The notes beneath the pieces were generated by a model, which saw nothing but the letters and a program-made list of their open reading frames with translations, made no database searches and was not told the DNA's origin. 64,000 nucleotides of DNA from Camelus dromedarius (taxonomy: Eukaryota): contig NC_087436.1 in assembly GCF_036321535.1 (NCBI RefSeq), positions 103,294,001 to 103,358,000 of the forward strand, in the 5' to 3' direction. The position numbers and the translations under genes are program-made. Below are positions 25,610-39,689 of this stretch, in pieces; within the stretch, counting starts at the first letter, position 1, and the number at the start of each line of letters is the position of its first letter.

Positions 25610-26010
25610 CCCTAGGGGACTGCGAAAGAATGCTGCTGAGAAGGCCTTGGGTAGGTTTTCCTCTGAACTCTCTTTCCCAGGCTCCCTTGCAGCAAGACTC
25701 CCTCAGACACCTGAGTGGGGATTTAATCAGACCAAACCATGTGATGATGCAGCACACAGAGAATCCATGGCCTTGGAGTGGCAGCAGTGGCAATGAAGAA
25801 GGGAGTGGTGTGACCCTCAGACTCTGCACCCTATAGATGCTGTGGGGGTCTCCCTGGAACTCCCCCACGGTACGGTTAGTGTGTCCTTCAAGAGTGGCCT
25901 CCAAACCTCACTCTCTGTCCCTCTTGGAGAGTATGTGAGCTTCCCAATACACTCTGTTCATTTGCTCTTCTGCTTAAATGAACCAGAGCGCATTTTATTT
26001 CCTACAGCTG
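25610..26010 (+). mobile_element. Ancient ERVL LTR (LTR33/LTR67-like)
   Basis: ttcccaggctcccttgcagc...gtggcagcagtggc...tgtgagcttcccaatac...cttctgcttaaatgaaccagag pattern. Confidence 0.55.
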
Positions 26011-26049
26011 ATATTTAAGTCACGAGAATAAAGTGTCAGTATATGCTAG

Positions 26050-26312
26050 TAATTGGGTGTATGGGCTTTGGAATTTCGATTTTTGTTTGAACCCTTTATA
26101 TTCTACTCCTTTATTATATATTTGCAGATAACTTACCTTTACGTCTCTAAGACTCAGTCACCAATTTTATACTTGGAATAATAGTAATAAATTCATAGGG
26201 TTGATACATGAATTAAATGAATTAATGCACACAAAAGGAACATGTGTCTCCCAGTAACTGTTCAATAGAAGTATTATTACTACTACTATTATTATTATTA
26301 TTATTATTATTA
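26050..26312 (+). mobile_element. MIR remnant ending in an (ATT)n microsatellite (26273-26312)
   Basis: MIR-like ggaataatagta...catagggttg...aattaaatgaattaatgca, then about 12 ATT/ACT units. Confidence 0.6.
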
Positions 26313-27451
26313 TATAAGCTCTAATCCTAATGAAACAAATGTGTTCCTGACTCCAAAACACATACTCTGACTACTACACATTATTCCTCCTGATATTTTA
26401 ACCTCCCTTATCTGTCCTTTGGAAGTTGGAAGGTATTTTCAAGTTCTCCTTACTGAGGATGGATATTTATTTCATACTCCTACAATTAGGGATCTTCAAA
26501 CATAAAAGCATGTGATAAATATTGTCATGTTTCATACTCCATTGTACCTTTAATGCTAGGATTATCATCATTATAAAGTTCCTTACTGATGAAAAAAATG
26601 TACTAATTTCAAGCAAGTTAAACTGAAACTGACAACAAAGGAGAAAAACATACAACTACTATGTTTAAGACTGTCTTTTACCAACTGAATGCAACATTAT
26701 CCTGCAGAGGAGGTGAGACGTACCTGGCCCTGGCAGAGGCTTTGAGATGAGCTTCTGGTTACAGACACTACCACTGAAAAATTGTGTAACAGAGACATTA
26801 AAAGATTCATAGTGCTTCAAAGAGATGCTTCTCATCGTGACACTCATTAAGGTCTGCTTCTTGAATTTTCAAAGCAAAACCACAATAGACACTTTGCAAT
26901 CATTTTTTTTTTTTACATACAGAAAAAAGTCACCAAGAATATCTCTGTTTTGAATTGAGTGAATTTTATATTGATAGTGTAGAACATCTTATAAAAAATA
27001 AAACATCAAGTTTATTGGGAACATTTTAGCTTCCTTGACATTATTTCCATTCATCTTGCACATTTCTTGTTTAAAAACTGTTTAAAATACATCTGATCAG
27101 GACATGATTTATTAATGCCTGAGTACTCCTTTCTATTGCCCTTTGTCTTTCCCTGCTCTTTCTTCCTCATATTTCCATATCATTAGAACTGCACTTACCC
27201 AGATAGAGACAAGGCAGAAAACTGAAGGAGGGAAGAACGTATTTAGATGGAGAAGGTAGATGTTTCTACACAATAAAAAGCTAAGAGTAAAGGAGATGGG
27301 AAGTCTGAACAGAGGAAGAGATGTTGAAAAGCTTCCTGAATTAATTACAGGGAAAATTTAAAAGACTTGATATAGGAGGTACCCTGGAACAATTTTATGC
27401 CATGAAAGAATTAAGGAGGAAAAGAAAGGGGATTTGAAGTGTCACTATGCA

Positions 27452-27668
27452 CAGCTGAACTCTGAATAACTCAGGTTTGAACTGTGCAGGTCCACTTATA
27501 CGCAGATACTTTTCAATAGTAAATATAGCACTACAGGGTCCATGGTTGGTGGAATCCACAGATGCAGAGTAACTGGGGACGTGGAGGGCAGACTATAAAT
27601 TACACACAGATTTTCGATCATCTGCAGGGTCAGCACCCCTAACCATAGCATTGTTAGAAGGTCAGCTG
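27452..27668. mobile_element. Tigger2-family MITE (Tc1/mariner-pogo)
   Basis: TIR-like ends cagctgaactctgaataac / gttagaaggtcagctg. Internal ggtttgaactgtgcaggtccacttatacgcaga matches the Tigger2 5' end. Confidence 0.8.
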
Positions 27669-29534
27669 GAACTGGAATTCTAACATTTTTCAAGCAACAT
27701 GTAGGCATAGGTATTCTTCTATGAAAGATTTCCTTTTGAATTGTATTCATCAATTCTTGGGAATCTCCTTACAAAACTATTCCTCTTCACACCGGGAGAA
27801 AATTTAAAAAAGAATTTGCTTTTTTTTTTTTTTTTAATTCATTAAGTATGTGAGTTGGAAAAGAGCTAGCTGAAAGTAAGAGCCTTTCCACTGTTTCTGG
27901 AAGCATACCTCTAATTCTAAGCATAGCAAAAGAAGCCCAATGAAGCAGTTCCAAGGGATTCTTGGAATAAATATATTTAACAAATATCTTAATAAAATTA
28001 ATATATTATATTTAATACATATATTAACATAAATATAAATGTTTATATAAATAAATATAAATGTTTCCCTGGTATAATACTTTAGGATTTTAAATAAGAT
28101 TCTCCTGTTGCTTTAAATAGCTATTTAAAACAATACCGTCCCCATTCCACCCGAAACAATGATGACTTGGTGCTGGAGGAGGTCCTCAAGAGGACATGAT
28201 CATTGGCTGAGCCTTGAGCTAGACCCAGTCGATCGGAGGCTCCTCAGCTCTTCTCGGTCCTTGTCATTTACAAGCTGCTCACTGTTCCCACAGCTGGAGC
28301 CTTTTCAAGGGCACAGCCTTGAGCGAGTGAAGTGTTGTCAAGACCATCTGGACAGTACACATGACTAAACCCAGTTAAGGCCTTTTAATATTCTGAGAGC
28401 ATGGAGATCTCCCCATCTTGTGCTAAGATGAGCCTCATGTGTTAAGTTCCCTGGAGTATTAAATCTGCCACCTACCAATCTGGAGTGGGGAACCTCCAGA
28501 GGTTGTGAACAGACACTCGGCTCACCCAGGACATTTACAGAGACTGAAGGAAAGCACTCAGAGCTGCTGCTCCCTGCTGAACCCCAGAGCTATTTAGGAC
28601 GTGAGAAATCAGAAACATATGAACAGATGACGGCCCTTATTTTAACAAATCTTATAAAACAGTCCTGCCTTTTTAGATACTTATCAGGATATGTGACTAT
28701 GCTCACTTCAGTCCAACAATCACCCTGTCCCTAATCCATATTGAGAATAATAACTTTATGAAGAAGAAAGTGCCATTTCCTGGCTTATATCTACATGGAA
28801 AGCAGGAGCATTGACACAGAATCCTCCAGATAGCTCATGGCTTTGACATCCAGGTCCTCAGATTCAAAAATGAGTAACCCAAAGAAAAAGGACACATGAA
28901 TTACAATTTATTTTTATATATGTCATATTTATCTGATTTGCTTTATCATTGTATATAACACATATATGTTTATATACACACGTGTATCAATGGTATCCCT
29001 AATTTGTATTAATATGGTCAAGTTGCAATTTATTTACTCAAATGATACTCATATTATTCCTATTCATATTAGGGTTAATTAATTTCTTGAATATTATTCC
29101 AGATGCAAATTGACTTCATTCACCTGGGCTAAAATCCTTATCTGATAATCATTCTTAAAGATTTCTGCTGTCTTGCACCAATGGATAGAACTGTTTCATC
29201 ATTTAATTCAGACATAAGTTTAAGATATAAGGCATAGCAGCCTGAGTACGAGTATTTAAAGGAAAGCAACCCTTGACATATATTACTTTATCTCTACAAC
29301 AATACTTTGAAGAAGGAAAAAAAAAATCCTAGCTAATTTTACAAACGAAAGCACAAGCTTAGGAGAGTTAAGTAATTGGTACAGTGACACATACCCACTA
29401 AATGGGCAAACCAGGATTAAATGGCAAATCAACCAGACTCAAAGCCATGTAGTACAAGTATGTGCAAGCAGAAACTATTAAGCCTTATTACCTTATATTG
29501 CTTACTTGTTTTTACACATGTAAACATGCTAAAG

Positions 29535-29990
29535 GTTGGGATGTTTTTAATTGCAAATCACAAGGAAGGCCACTCAAATTGGCCTAAATTTGAATGCATT
29601 TTTTGACTCATGTTACTAGAATGTTCCCATACAGTGACAGCTTCAAGCATGATTTGATGTTCAGGTGATATGGTCAGTACTCTGTTTTCCTCCGTATTTC
29701 AGCTGTGATGTGATGTGATATATGATGTGATGATGCAATGATCTACTCTTTAACCTAAGGTAATTTCTTCTCCAATGGTGGCCAAATTGACAACTTCCTG
29801 TGCACATTGTATCATTTTAATTGTTTAAACAACCTCCAAGGAGTGCATTAATTCTCCAGACCTGAGGCACATCTCCTCTCTTAGTATCCTTCACTGGTGT
29901 CATCCATATCTCAACCACATGGACTAAAAAACGGCAGGTGATAAAATCCCAGATTCAGGCTTTGTGCCAGATAAATAAAAGCGTCATGAA
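29535..29990 (-). mobile_element. Old MLT1 remnant with an internal (GATGT)n tract at 29704-29740
   Basis: ttgcaaatcacaaggaaggccactcaaattggcctaa...tgactcatgttactag...cttcaagcatgatttgat. Confidence 0.45.
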
Positions 29991-30766
29991 TTATGAGGGG
30001 GTACTCTGCTTATAATGTGGCAGGCATATTAAAGATGTGTTTTGGAGAACTTCTTGGAGTATTTATGATGAAAAACTCAGAAACCTTCCTACAGATCTAC
30101 CCATATGTGCCCAAGTACTGTACCTCTAGGCAGTCAAGGCTATTTTTATGCTCCTGCCTGATGAGAAACTAGAGGTTCTACAGATGCTTTTTATTTCCTG
30201 GGTGATGTCACAGCAGCTCTACAAGAAAACGAGATGATTCCAACCAACCTTACTTACAACTTAACACCCTAAAGAGAGAGAATTCTTCTCCAAGGGTAAC
30301 GCAAAGGAAACAAATTTGGGGCAAACCAGGTAAGAAAGATTTGAATATGAATCTGGCCATGACTTAAGGGATGGTCCATGTGATTGCTGAGAGCAAGAAG
30401 CTTTTCAAGATACCTGAGGAAAGGAGTCAGTACAGGAACTTGCCCTGTACTGAATAAGAGACTGAAGCCCCTCACTCTGGAAGCATTAGAACATATAAGT
30501 AGTGACAAGTTAGCTAGTCATCACCACTTCCTCTAGAACTGTGTGGACAACCTGCTTAAAGTGGTCAAAAAGAGATGTAAATGCTGGGCCAGCTATTCTA
30601 CTTCTGAGCAGGCTGAACTGTCCCATAAGAAGGTGAGTGAAGGACCCGATCTAAGGCATTGTAGTTTCATCAGCAAAGACCTACTGTGCCTGAGAGAATC
30701 TTAGAGTGCCCACTTAAAGAGCAATACCACTAACATTTAGGCCTAACATTGGACTCAAGCGTGATT

Positions 30767-31267
30767 ACTGGATAAAGAAGCTGTGGTATATTTATTTGAT
30801 GGAATACTACTCAGCCATAAAAAATAATTAAATAATGCCACTTGCAGCAACATGGATGGACCTGGAGATTGTCATTCTAAATGAAGAAAGCCAGAAAGAG
30901 AAAGAAAAATACCATATATCACTTATATGTGGAGTCTAAAAAGAATACAAATGAACTTATTTACAAAACAGAAACAGACTCACAGACACAGAAAACAAAT
31001 TTATGATTACCAGCAGGGGAAGGGGGTGAGAAGGGACAAATTGGGAGTTTGAGATTTGCAGATACTAACTACTATATATAAAATAGATAAACAACAAGTT
31101 TATACTGTATAACACAGGGAACTATATTCAATACTCTTATAGTAATATATAAGAATACAAAAATGAATATATGTATGTACATGTATGACTGAAGCATTAT
31201 GCTGTATACCAGAAAATGACACACTGTAAACCGACTATACTTCATTTAAAAAGAAAAGAAACTAAAA
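30767..31267 (+). mobile_element. Young 5'-truncated L1 (ORF2 end, 3'UTR, poly-A)
   Basis: actggataaagaagctgtggtata...gaaagagaaagaaaaataccat...ctatacttcatttaaaaa. Imperfect TSD aagcgtgatt / aaatgtgatt. Confidence 0.92.
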
Positions 31268-31374
31268 AAATGTGATTGAAATCCTGGACAAAATAAAATT
31301 TATCCATGCGTTCAAAATAACAGCGCACCTGTGGTAGATGTGAGGGTTAATGTCCCTGTCTAGGTATCTGGTTA

Positions 31375-31605
31375 TTGAATGTACAGCACCAAGGATGAAT
31401 TGTTAAGTAAACTATGGACATTGGGTAATTATGATGTGTCAATATAGGTTCACTAATTGTTATAAATGTACCACTCTGGAGGGGGATGTTGGAAATGGCA
31501 GAGGCTATGCATGTGTGTGGCCGGGGGATATGGGAAATATTTGTACCTTTCTCTTAATCTCCCTATGAACCTAAAACTGCTCCAAAAAAACACAGCCTTA
31601 AAATT
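31375..31605 (+). mobile_element. L1MC-like 3'UTR fragment
   Basis: taaactatggac...atgatgtgtcaatataggttcac...aaatgtaccactctgg...gaacctaaaactgctccaaaaa. Confidence 0.8.
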
Positions 31606-33179
31606 ACATATCCACATATATCTATATATACACGCTTTTTATTTCCTGGTTGTATAGATGTATAGATCAATGTGGATATACACACACACTTGTATTTATA
31701 CCAAATTAGTCTTTTGAGTTTGTACTTCAAAGCTTTCTTTTTCTATTGTACATATACTTTACATGAATACACTCTAATTTTAAAACTAGGGAGAGTTTTA
31801 TAACTTCTCTTGTATCTTGACAGAATACAATGTGTAAGCATGGCAGTAAATTTTCAGAACAAGAGAAAAGTTTGCCCTGTGTTCCTTTTTATTGCATTTC
31901 ACTCCTACCCTTAAAACCACACACTGCAAAGTACATCATTCCAGCATCAACTAAAAAATGAAAAATCAAAATATTGGTTTGTTGAAGGAAAAAAGACGAA
32001 ATGCAATTCATTCTAAGGCCAAACTGCAACTGAGCCATTCACAAACAACCAAGCAACCCTGGTGAAGGCTCAGGAAACATGAAGATTCTCTCCAAACAAG
32101 GTTCCAGTTAGGAAATGATGCTGAGAAAGATACAAGAGAGAAAGTTACAGCAACAGAAAGATGCTCATAAGCAAAGCCAAGGCCACTAAGTTATTCCCCC
32201 AAAAAAGGTCTTTTTACTCACTGTTAGTCTTCCTATTGAAAAGATTCTTTATGTATTTGCAAAGAGAAGTATTCAAAGGATGTGAAAATTTTAATGAACT
32301 CCACTTAAGTCGTCTGATGCAATAATGCCACAACTTCCTCATGTGACTCATCGTCCAGACTGTAAACTCTTTGAAGGCAGGGCTCATCCTCATTGCTTAA
32401 ATATCTTCATAATCTCACACAGACCTTTCAGTGTTTGGTACTGTTTGTTTATTGGCATACAATAAATTTGTTATCTGCTGACATGAAGAGAAAAGGGGGA
32501 GGGGAGAAGGCAGTAATACTCCAAAGGAAACATTTTCCCTGAAGAAAGTGGAATGAAACCTGATGCCCAGCACAGATACTGGTGTCCAGAAGGAAGAAAT
32601 GGTTGTTTACAGATATGCAAATTTAGTAGTAACGCTAAATAAGATAAAGAGCTCCACTTTCACTCAAACTCTAGATTTCTCTGATTTTTCCTGCCCTAAT
32701 GATTTTCCCCTGGCAAAATCAGAAAGAAGTTCATGCCTTTTATGATTACAACAAGAGACAATATAAAGTAAAATCATAAAAATAGTCACACATTCAGTTT
32801 TTATAAGCTGAAGCAGAGTCCAATATATGGATAATATCTTAGTGGTGTTTTACAGTCAAATACAGATGTTTTTGTATATGTTTTGGAGAACAGGTTATTT
32901 ATGGTCTTCAATAACTTGAAAAGAATCACCTTTACAACATAGCCAGTTTTTCTCAATAGAAGGACTAGAAAAGTCAATCCTGAATTCCCAAATTTTACAC
33001 TTTATTCAAGATGTCACCATGAAACATTGGGGAAAAAGGATGAGTTCAGATTTCTCTTCTAAACATTTCTGGGTTATGATCCAAATAATAGCTTTTAAGT
33101 TCAGTCAAATCAAAAGATCTCAATAGTATGTTTTGAAAACATTTTTTATTAAATACCATCTCAAATAAAATACGAAAAC

Positions 33180-33370
33180 CAATATTTATTGAGCAGCTTC
33201 CTGTGACCTGTATCACTTCCATACTTGATCTACTTTAATCCTCCAACAAACTCAGGTAGAAAGAATTATTATTTAATGAGAACCAAAGAGAGTGAGTAGC
33301 TCACAGGGCAACGTGACCCTGTTGTGTAGAAACCAGCTCGAGGGACCCAGCGCAGAGCCCGAGCTGCGGG
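33180..33370 (-). mobile_element. MIR remnant
   Basis: atatttattgagcagcttcctgtg...tttaatcctccaacaaac..aggtag... Confidence 0.55.
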
Positions 33371-34309
33371 ACAGGAAGCACAAACACCTCCTGCATGTCC
33401 CTGGAGGGACGGTGAGGTGGCTACTGCAGGGTCCAGCTTTTGGCTTCTAGACCTATTTTTTTTCTGTTTGGGAACACAGACCACTTAAAGGGCTCTATCC
33501 AGTGTGTGCACTGCATCCTGGATACCTCCTAGTCACAGAATATTGCCTCTGACCTGGTGCTAGAGTGCTTTTAATAGGCCATTCTAATATGCACCTCTTA
33601 GATGGTGCCTGATGCAATACGACCTGTGGATCCTAATATATGGACCCACTTCCAGACCTCCTTCCCACCTGGCAAGATGCTACCTATATACACATCAGTG
33701 TTGGTGACCAGCAATGTGAACATTCTCCAATCATCCCAGGAGGAAAACCTGAGATTGTTAAGCCTCTGTAGAACAGTCAGGAGACACCTCCAAACCAGAT
33801 ATACCACATCTGTAGACTCCTGGGAGAAGGAACTAAAAGGCTTTCTGTGGCTAGGAGCTGAGATAAAAAGGTGTTCGGTACCAAAGCTTACAGAAAAGTG
33901 ATCGCTTTGATGATGTCATTTGATAAAAGATGAATAATACTGTGGGTTTACAATGTACTAGATATCAGCTGCTGACATCTTAAAAGGGGCTGACTGCCTT
34001 AATGTAATGATGGAGTTTCCATTTTCTGAAGGAAAACCTAGCTCTCTGAACTCATGAATCAGCTGCTGTCCCAAGTTTCTTCCAAGCCCTTTTCCTAGAA
34101 CTCATTCATTTTTGCCCAGAAGAGGGGGATTCTTTCATTGCCCTTAGGACAGCAGACTCTCATACTGGCCAGACCACAAAACAGCAAAGCTACTCTAAAT
34201 GCGGTACTGCAAAGAACTTTTAAGTAGCAAAACTATGTGTGGTGGAGTTCACTGGGGCATTAAAGCAAGTTGGTCAGTTCATTTAAAGCCCAGTTGATGG
34301 TTTCATTAT

Positions 34310-34313
<4 letters not shown>

Positions 34314-34349
<36 letters not shown>

Positions 34350-34358
34350 ACACGCACA

Positions 34359-34396
<38 letters not shown>
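34314..34396. repeat. Long interrupted (CA)n microsatellite
   Basis: About 40 dinucleotide units with AA/CG interruptions. Confidence 0.95.
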
Positions 34397-34400
<4 letters not shown>

Positions 34401-37400
34401 TATATCCTGGGGCATGATTTTTTTTTAATCTAAATGGTTCCTTATAGACCAAAAAACAAAAACAAACAAATGAAAAATAAATCTGAACAAAGAATAAACA
34501 TTATGAAATATATTCCACTAGAATTTTGCAGTCAAAGCTGAATTCTCAGTAATGCATTTACTACATGCATTGCAACATTCTTATTATTATCTGTTACTCT
34601 CTATGCTGATTTGGTATTAAAGGGACCAAATTTATCTCCTTTAGAAGCTGTATCTGTAATTTTCTTAGAGAAACTAGAGATAAATTTGGAATAAGATTTG
34701 TTTAATTCCCTCACTGATCTATGAAATACCAAGTCATACAAAGAATAGTTAGATGTTAACTAAACTTTAAACGAGTAGTGTAAAACGCTCTCAATGGTGC
34801 TATGTGCAGAATATAGACCAGGCTCTAGACATGCCACAAGAATTCACACACATGGGATTTGTAAGCCTTCTTCAGTGTATTTAAAATGCCACCTGTGTAA
34901 TTTTCTTAACTTTTAAATTTGCAAAAAAAAAAATGTATTGTATATTACAGAGTTTAATGGATTCAAGGTAGTCATCATTATACTTTCCAAAAGGAAATCT
35001 AAACATTGCTGTTTCTCTGACCACTTAATTCTGGTGTTTGTAATTTAAAATAACTACCAGTTATATCTAAACAAAATAATTATAAATATATCTATTAAAA
35101 CTTTGAAGTATATGTGTGTGTCAATGTTTGTGTGTATATATACACAGCTTAAATACCCTCTCCCCCTAGGGATAGCCTTTGACCTGATAATTCCCATTTC
35201 TACTATTTTTAAATTTGTTTTTAAAAGAAAATGATGTGGCAATGATGTTATGCACATATACAAAAACAGTTACTAAAGCTATACAGTTATAGACATATAA
35301 AACTTCAAAATTTCAGAGCATTTTACATTATATCAGAATAACAGATGATATACACAACATGATGATGATGACAGTGATCTTAAAGTCGAGAAAGCCCTCA
35401 GAGAGGGTGGGTGACTTGGAAAAGTTTACAATCAATGTTTCATAAAGTGAAATCAAGAGCTGTTTTCTAAATTCAAAATTACAATATATTTTCTTGGCAA
35501 AACAAAAGGACTAAATATATAAATAATCCATCTTTATTGTCCATGCCATGGAGCTATGTTTTATTGTTTTTTTCTTTGTTTAGGGGGCACAGATTTATGG
35601 CAAATATTTTGAAGCTCATTAATTCTGGATTTAGAAGAAACTGTTACATCTTGGAGGACTGGAAATCCTGACTGCAGAAGTTTATAACTGCAGAAACTGA
35701 ATGACTGGCTTAGATCAGCCCACGGTAGACATGACAGCTGTGGATATTTGATAGAAAGTCAGAGCAAAGAGGTATTATAAGTTTTGCCTCCTTGGGGAAA
35801 AGTAACAAATGGGTAGAAATTACCTAGAAGACTGTGTCTCAAAATGAGGAACTGTCTCATAATTGGGAGAATCTGACAGTGGAGTCGTTTTACCCAAAAT
35901 GTATTCTATAACAGGAGATTTTTCAAGCTAAAACTGTATGACCCTCTGGTAAAGACTTGAAAAAGGAGGTGTTGTTCTGTAGAAGTGGAAGACTGGATTT
36001 TGGGGGCTACTGAGGGGTTACCCAAGCAAACTGTTAGAATCACAGAATCACAGAATGCTAGAGACAAAAGAAACTTTGGCTCACACACTTACGTTCCTCT
36101 CGTTTAAAGATGAGAAATTAGGACGACAGAAGTTAATTTATCTGCTGAGTATCATGAAGCGCAATTTAGTCAAAAAAATCATTAATAACTCATTGAACTG
36201 AAAGAAAGATTTCTCAAGTCAATTTAACCTACAATCCAGTGAGTGTCAGGTTACCTTGATAGTCTTCAGGAAAACAAGCCTTTTTATTGCAGTGCTGTTC
36301 ACCAAAGCTATGTGGTTTTTATTGAGAAACTGATGCGACTAAGAGGTAATTGCCTCAATTTATACCATCCCCTTGGCAAAGATTTATTCTACATTTGCTA
36401 TGGTTCATTTAGTCGAATCTGTAACATTCACCATACCTAACAGTAAAGAGGAGAGCTGCCACTATGACTTAGAATCTAATAAACACAAGAAGCATAACTG
36501 AAACCATGCGGAGACCAAATCATCAGTTCTTGAAAATTTCCTGGTAATACAGACCCACGGGATGAAGCAAGGAAGAGGACATAAACATATGCGTTCATCT
36601 GCCCTAGCGTTCATTAATTCACTCATCAAATGTTGACTGAGTCCCTACTATGTGCCACACCAGCCTTTTTTCTCCTCATGTTTGCACACTTATATTAATT
36701 TAGGGCAATAAAGGTCATTTCTTGATCTCTAATCAGCAATTATTGCAATGGCAAGATAAGAAGTAATTGATACTCTATTCTAAAACTCATGCTGCTGAAT
36801 TTCAAAGGAAAACCCCAATAGAACAGTACATTTTTGATAGACCGAATCCACACTCTATAGATATCTACACGTCACTCAGATCAGGTCAGCAGCAACCACT
36901 AGTGTCTCAGCATATTCTGAGTTTTGGGGATGCAATAAATCTATGTCTGGTTTTTGAGGATTTGATAAATCTGTTTAAATCTATTTACAGTAAAGGGTAA
37001 AATAAATGAGCTTAAATAGGGGAAAAATACTGAGTCAACATTTACGAAGGCTGCATTCCATATCATACCCTGTAGAGGAAAATCTCATATCCAATATTCT
37101 ATGTAATTCTCATCACAGCAATAAGTGTTGGTAGAACTATTTTACAGATAACAGCACTGGTCTTCAGGGAGATTACAGGACTGGTATATGCCAGAATCTC
37201 ACCATGTCCTCCAACCACAAATCCATTTTTTTCCTACTAAATAAAGCAATCGCTGGCAAAAATAAGAAAACAATAATGCCACTGAGAAGAAAACTCACTT
37301 GAACCTGTTACACCACAAATAATCTCATTAAAACCTCACAAGTGCACCAAAAAATTAAAGGAAAAATATTATGCTTTTTATACACATATGAAAATGGAAG

Positions 37401-37689
37401 ATTAAGGAGGAGCTAGTTATTCAAGTCCACACAGCTCAAAATCGGTCAAGCCTGATTTCAAACCTAGGTCATCCTGACCTCCAAGCCAGTGATCATAACT
37501 ATTACTCTGAATCCCACGCTTTTCTCGGGGATTCTGGCTTTTCCACTTCCGATTCTGGTGAAGACTGAAGGTTCCCTAGATCTGTAACTGTTCAAAACTT
37601 CCTTCCACAGCTATAAACCTCACATCCTCATCCATCATCGACCTTCTGAATATGTAGTGTTTTTGGAACTAGGTATCATGTTGTAAATG

Positions 37690-38055
37690 TGCTTTTTCCA
37701 GACAGATATAAATAGACTGTGTGTGACCTTTTCTGGACAACCTGAAAAGAAAGTCTGTATGAGTCTTTCATCTATTTTCCTTTGTATTTTCCTCCACATT
37801 GGCACCTGGAATGCAGATGTGGGGGTTGACATTCCACCAGCCACCTTAAAACTCACGAACAAGAGTCACATTTTAGGATCAATGAAGTAGAAAGCAGAAA
37901 ATGGCTGAGACCTGGAAACATCTGCTGTACCCCCAAAGCAACTCTGGACTGCCCATCCCTGCCATCTTTTCAAAAAGAGAACAAACATGTGTGTTCACTT
38001 TTAATTTTTTTCTTTTGGTTATATTCAACTGAACTTAATTTGAATCACACAATAC
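37690..38055 (+). mobile_element. Old MLT1 (J/K-like) LTR remnant
   Basis: cctggaatgcagatgtgg...ccagccacctt...ctctggactgcc...aactgaacttaat. Confidence 0.55.
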
Positions 38056-38726
38056 TATTACAGACTGGTAATACATGAAAAATAGATGAAAAACCCTAAG
38101 TTTGCATCCATTTCAATTCACCAAACATTTACTGAAGAACCACTGGGTAAGCAGCACTGTGGTTAACACTACGGGAAATAGAAAAAACCATTTGTTGGTT
38201 ATAGAAAGGAATAATTCTTAGAAGGTGGAAAAAAACCAGTAATTAAAATACAGCAGTACTGAAGACATAGCAATGATAATGAACCAGTAAAATCGGTAGA
38301 AATCATACAGCAGCTATTTTAAATACCTTGTTTTTAAAAATCGTGAGTATTGAAAATAAGTAATTAAAACACATTTAATATATTATAAAGGTACTCTCAG
38401 GAGAGCCATCAACTCTGGTTAGCCTGCTTACGTAGAAAGTTGGAGAGTAGGGATTAATTCCCATAGGTAACTCGTGAAGAAAAGTATTCAGATTAAACAA
38501 TTTTATTAATTTGGGATCAGCTCACATTGACTTCCTTTAGTGAGATTTCGGAAAAATAAATGGCCAGAACGTTCCTTAATTTCATTGATTTAGTCCTTAA
38601 AATTATGCACATTAATGGGTGTTTCTGTGGAGAAACAATATAGTCAAAATGATGTCATCATTTAAAGTTCAGATACTTCTATTGTGTTGTTGACTACCTG
38701 ACACGAGATGTGTGCTCTAATATTTA

Positions 38727-38751
38727 TGTGTGTGTGTGTGTGTATGTGTGA

Positions 38752-38782
<31 letters not shown>

Positions 38783-38843
38783 ATATAATACATATATACA
38801 TATTCAACAAATATATATAGATCTCTCTCTATATATATATACA
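38727..38843. repeat. Compound (TG)n(TA)n(TC)n low-complexity tract
   Basis: Visible directly in the sequence. Confidence 0.9.
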
Positions 38844-39689
38844 TAAACTCTGAATTACAATCTAAATTAGCAAGTACTTTGAGAAGTTCCCTGTTCTGAG
38901 TATCTCACACCTGTCATGAGGTAGAGCACTGAGGATGTGCTTATGCTTTCATGTTCATTCATTCAATTTATGCTTATGAAGTTTGGACAAGCTCCCGTGT
39001 GCAGAGATTGTCATTCTACCAAACACCCATGTGTTCCTTAATTTCCATGCACTCAGGCTGAAATGAATGGGAGTGGGCACTCAAATAGGGTTTAGTTGAA
39101 AGTGGTGAAAGCCAATTCTATTAAAAAAAAAATCCAAAAATACCTCAAATGAGCCTCAAGTTTTCTCTTTCCTTGTTGTGGTGACTATAGAAGCCACGTG
39201 GCTCCAAGACAGAGAGCCAGCTGTTTTGTAACCCACTATGATGTGAGCAAGAAGTAAACCTTTATTACGCGAACCAGTTAAGGCTTCAGGTTTCCTTTCT
39301 TACAGCACCAGTGCTGGAGTCAGTCCTGGAAGAGCACTGCTGCTTTAGCAACTAAAACATGTAGTGCCAAATTAGTGGTCAGGCACTGGGCAGTGGGGCA
39401 ACTGATATGGCAGCAAAAAGTGGCTGTCTGTGGGAAGCTGTGGACAGTATTTGGAAAACCCTTTGCCTGTTCTAAACGAGGAGATAAGCCACGTGCCTTC
39501 TGAGATAGTAGATCTGGGGAAGGGTGTCAAACAATAGAAGGTTGTAATGTGTTTTGGCTGCATTTGGCAAGATATTGAAGAAAATACATAAGATCTGGAA
39601 ATACTGTCTTGAGTACAAGCAGAATTAGAAGAAAAGAAAGACATTATTGAAAATAAAGATTTAGGGCCTTGAAGGAAAGAGAACTCCCA

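Noticed and set aside
28159..28368. GC-richer block resembling a coding exon or processed pseudogene
   Set aside because: The frames I read on both strands are short. I found no convincing splice pair, poly-A tail or TSD.
30270..30760. Possible ERV/MaLR internal remnant
   Set aside because: Similarity is too weak to assign by eye; a Dfam search is needed.
33602..33901. 99-aa ATG-initiated ORF in unique sequence
   Set aside because: No recognisable homology and no promoter, splice or poly-A support.
36086..36130. Minus-strand GTAAGT donor
   Set aside because: It lies within a MIR remnant with no matching acceptor.
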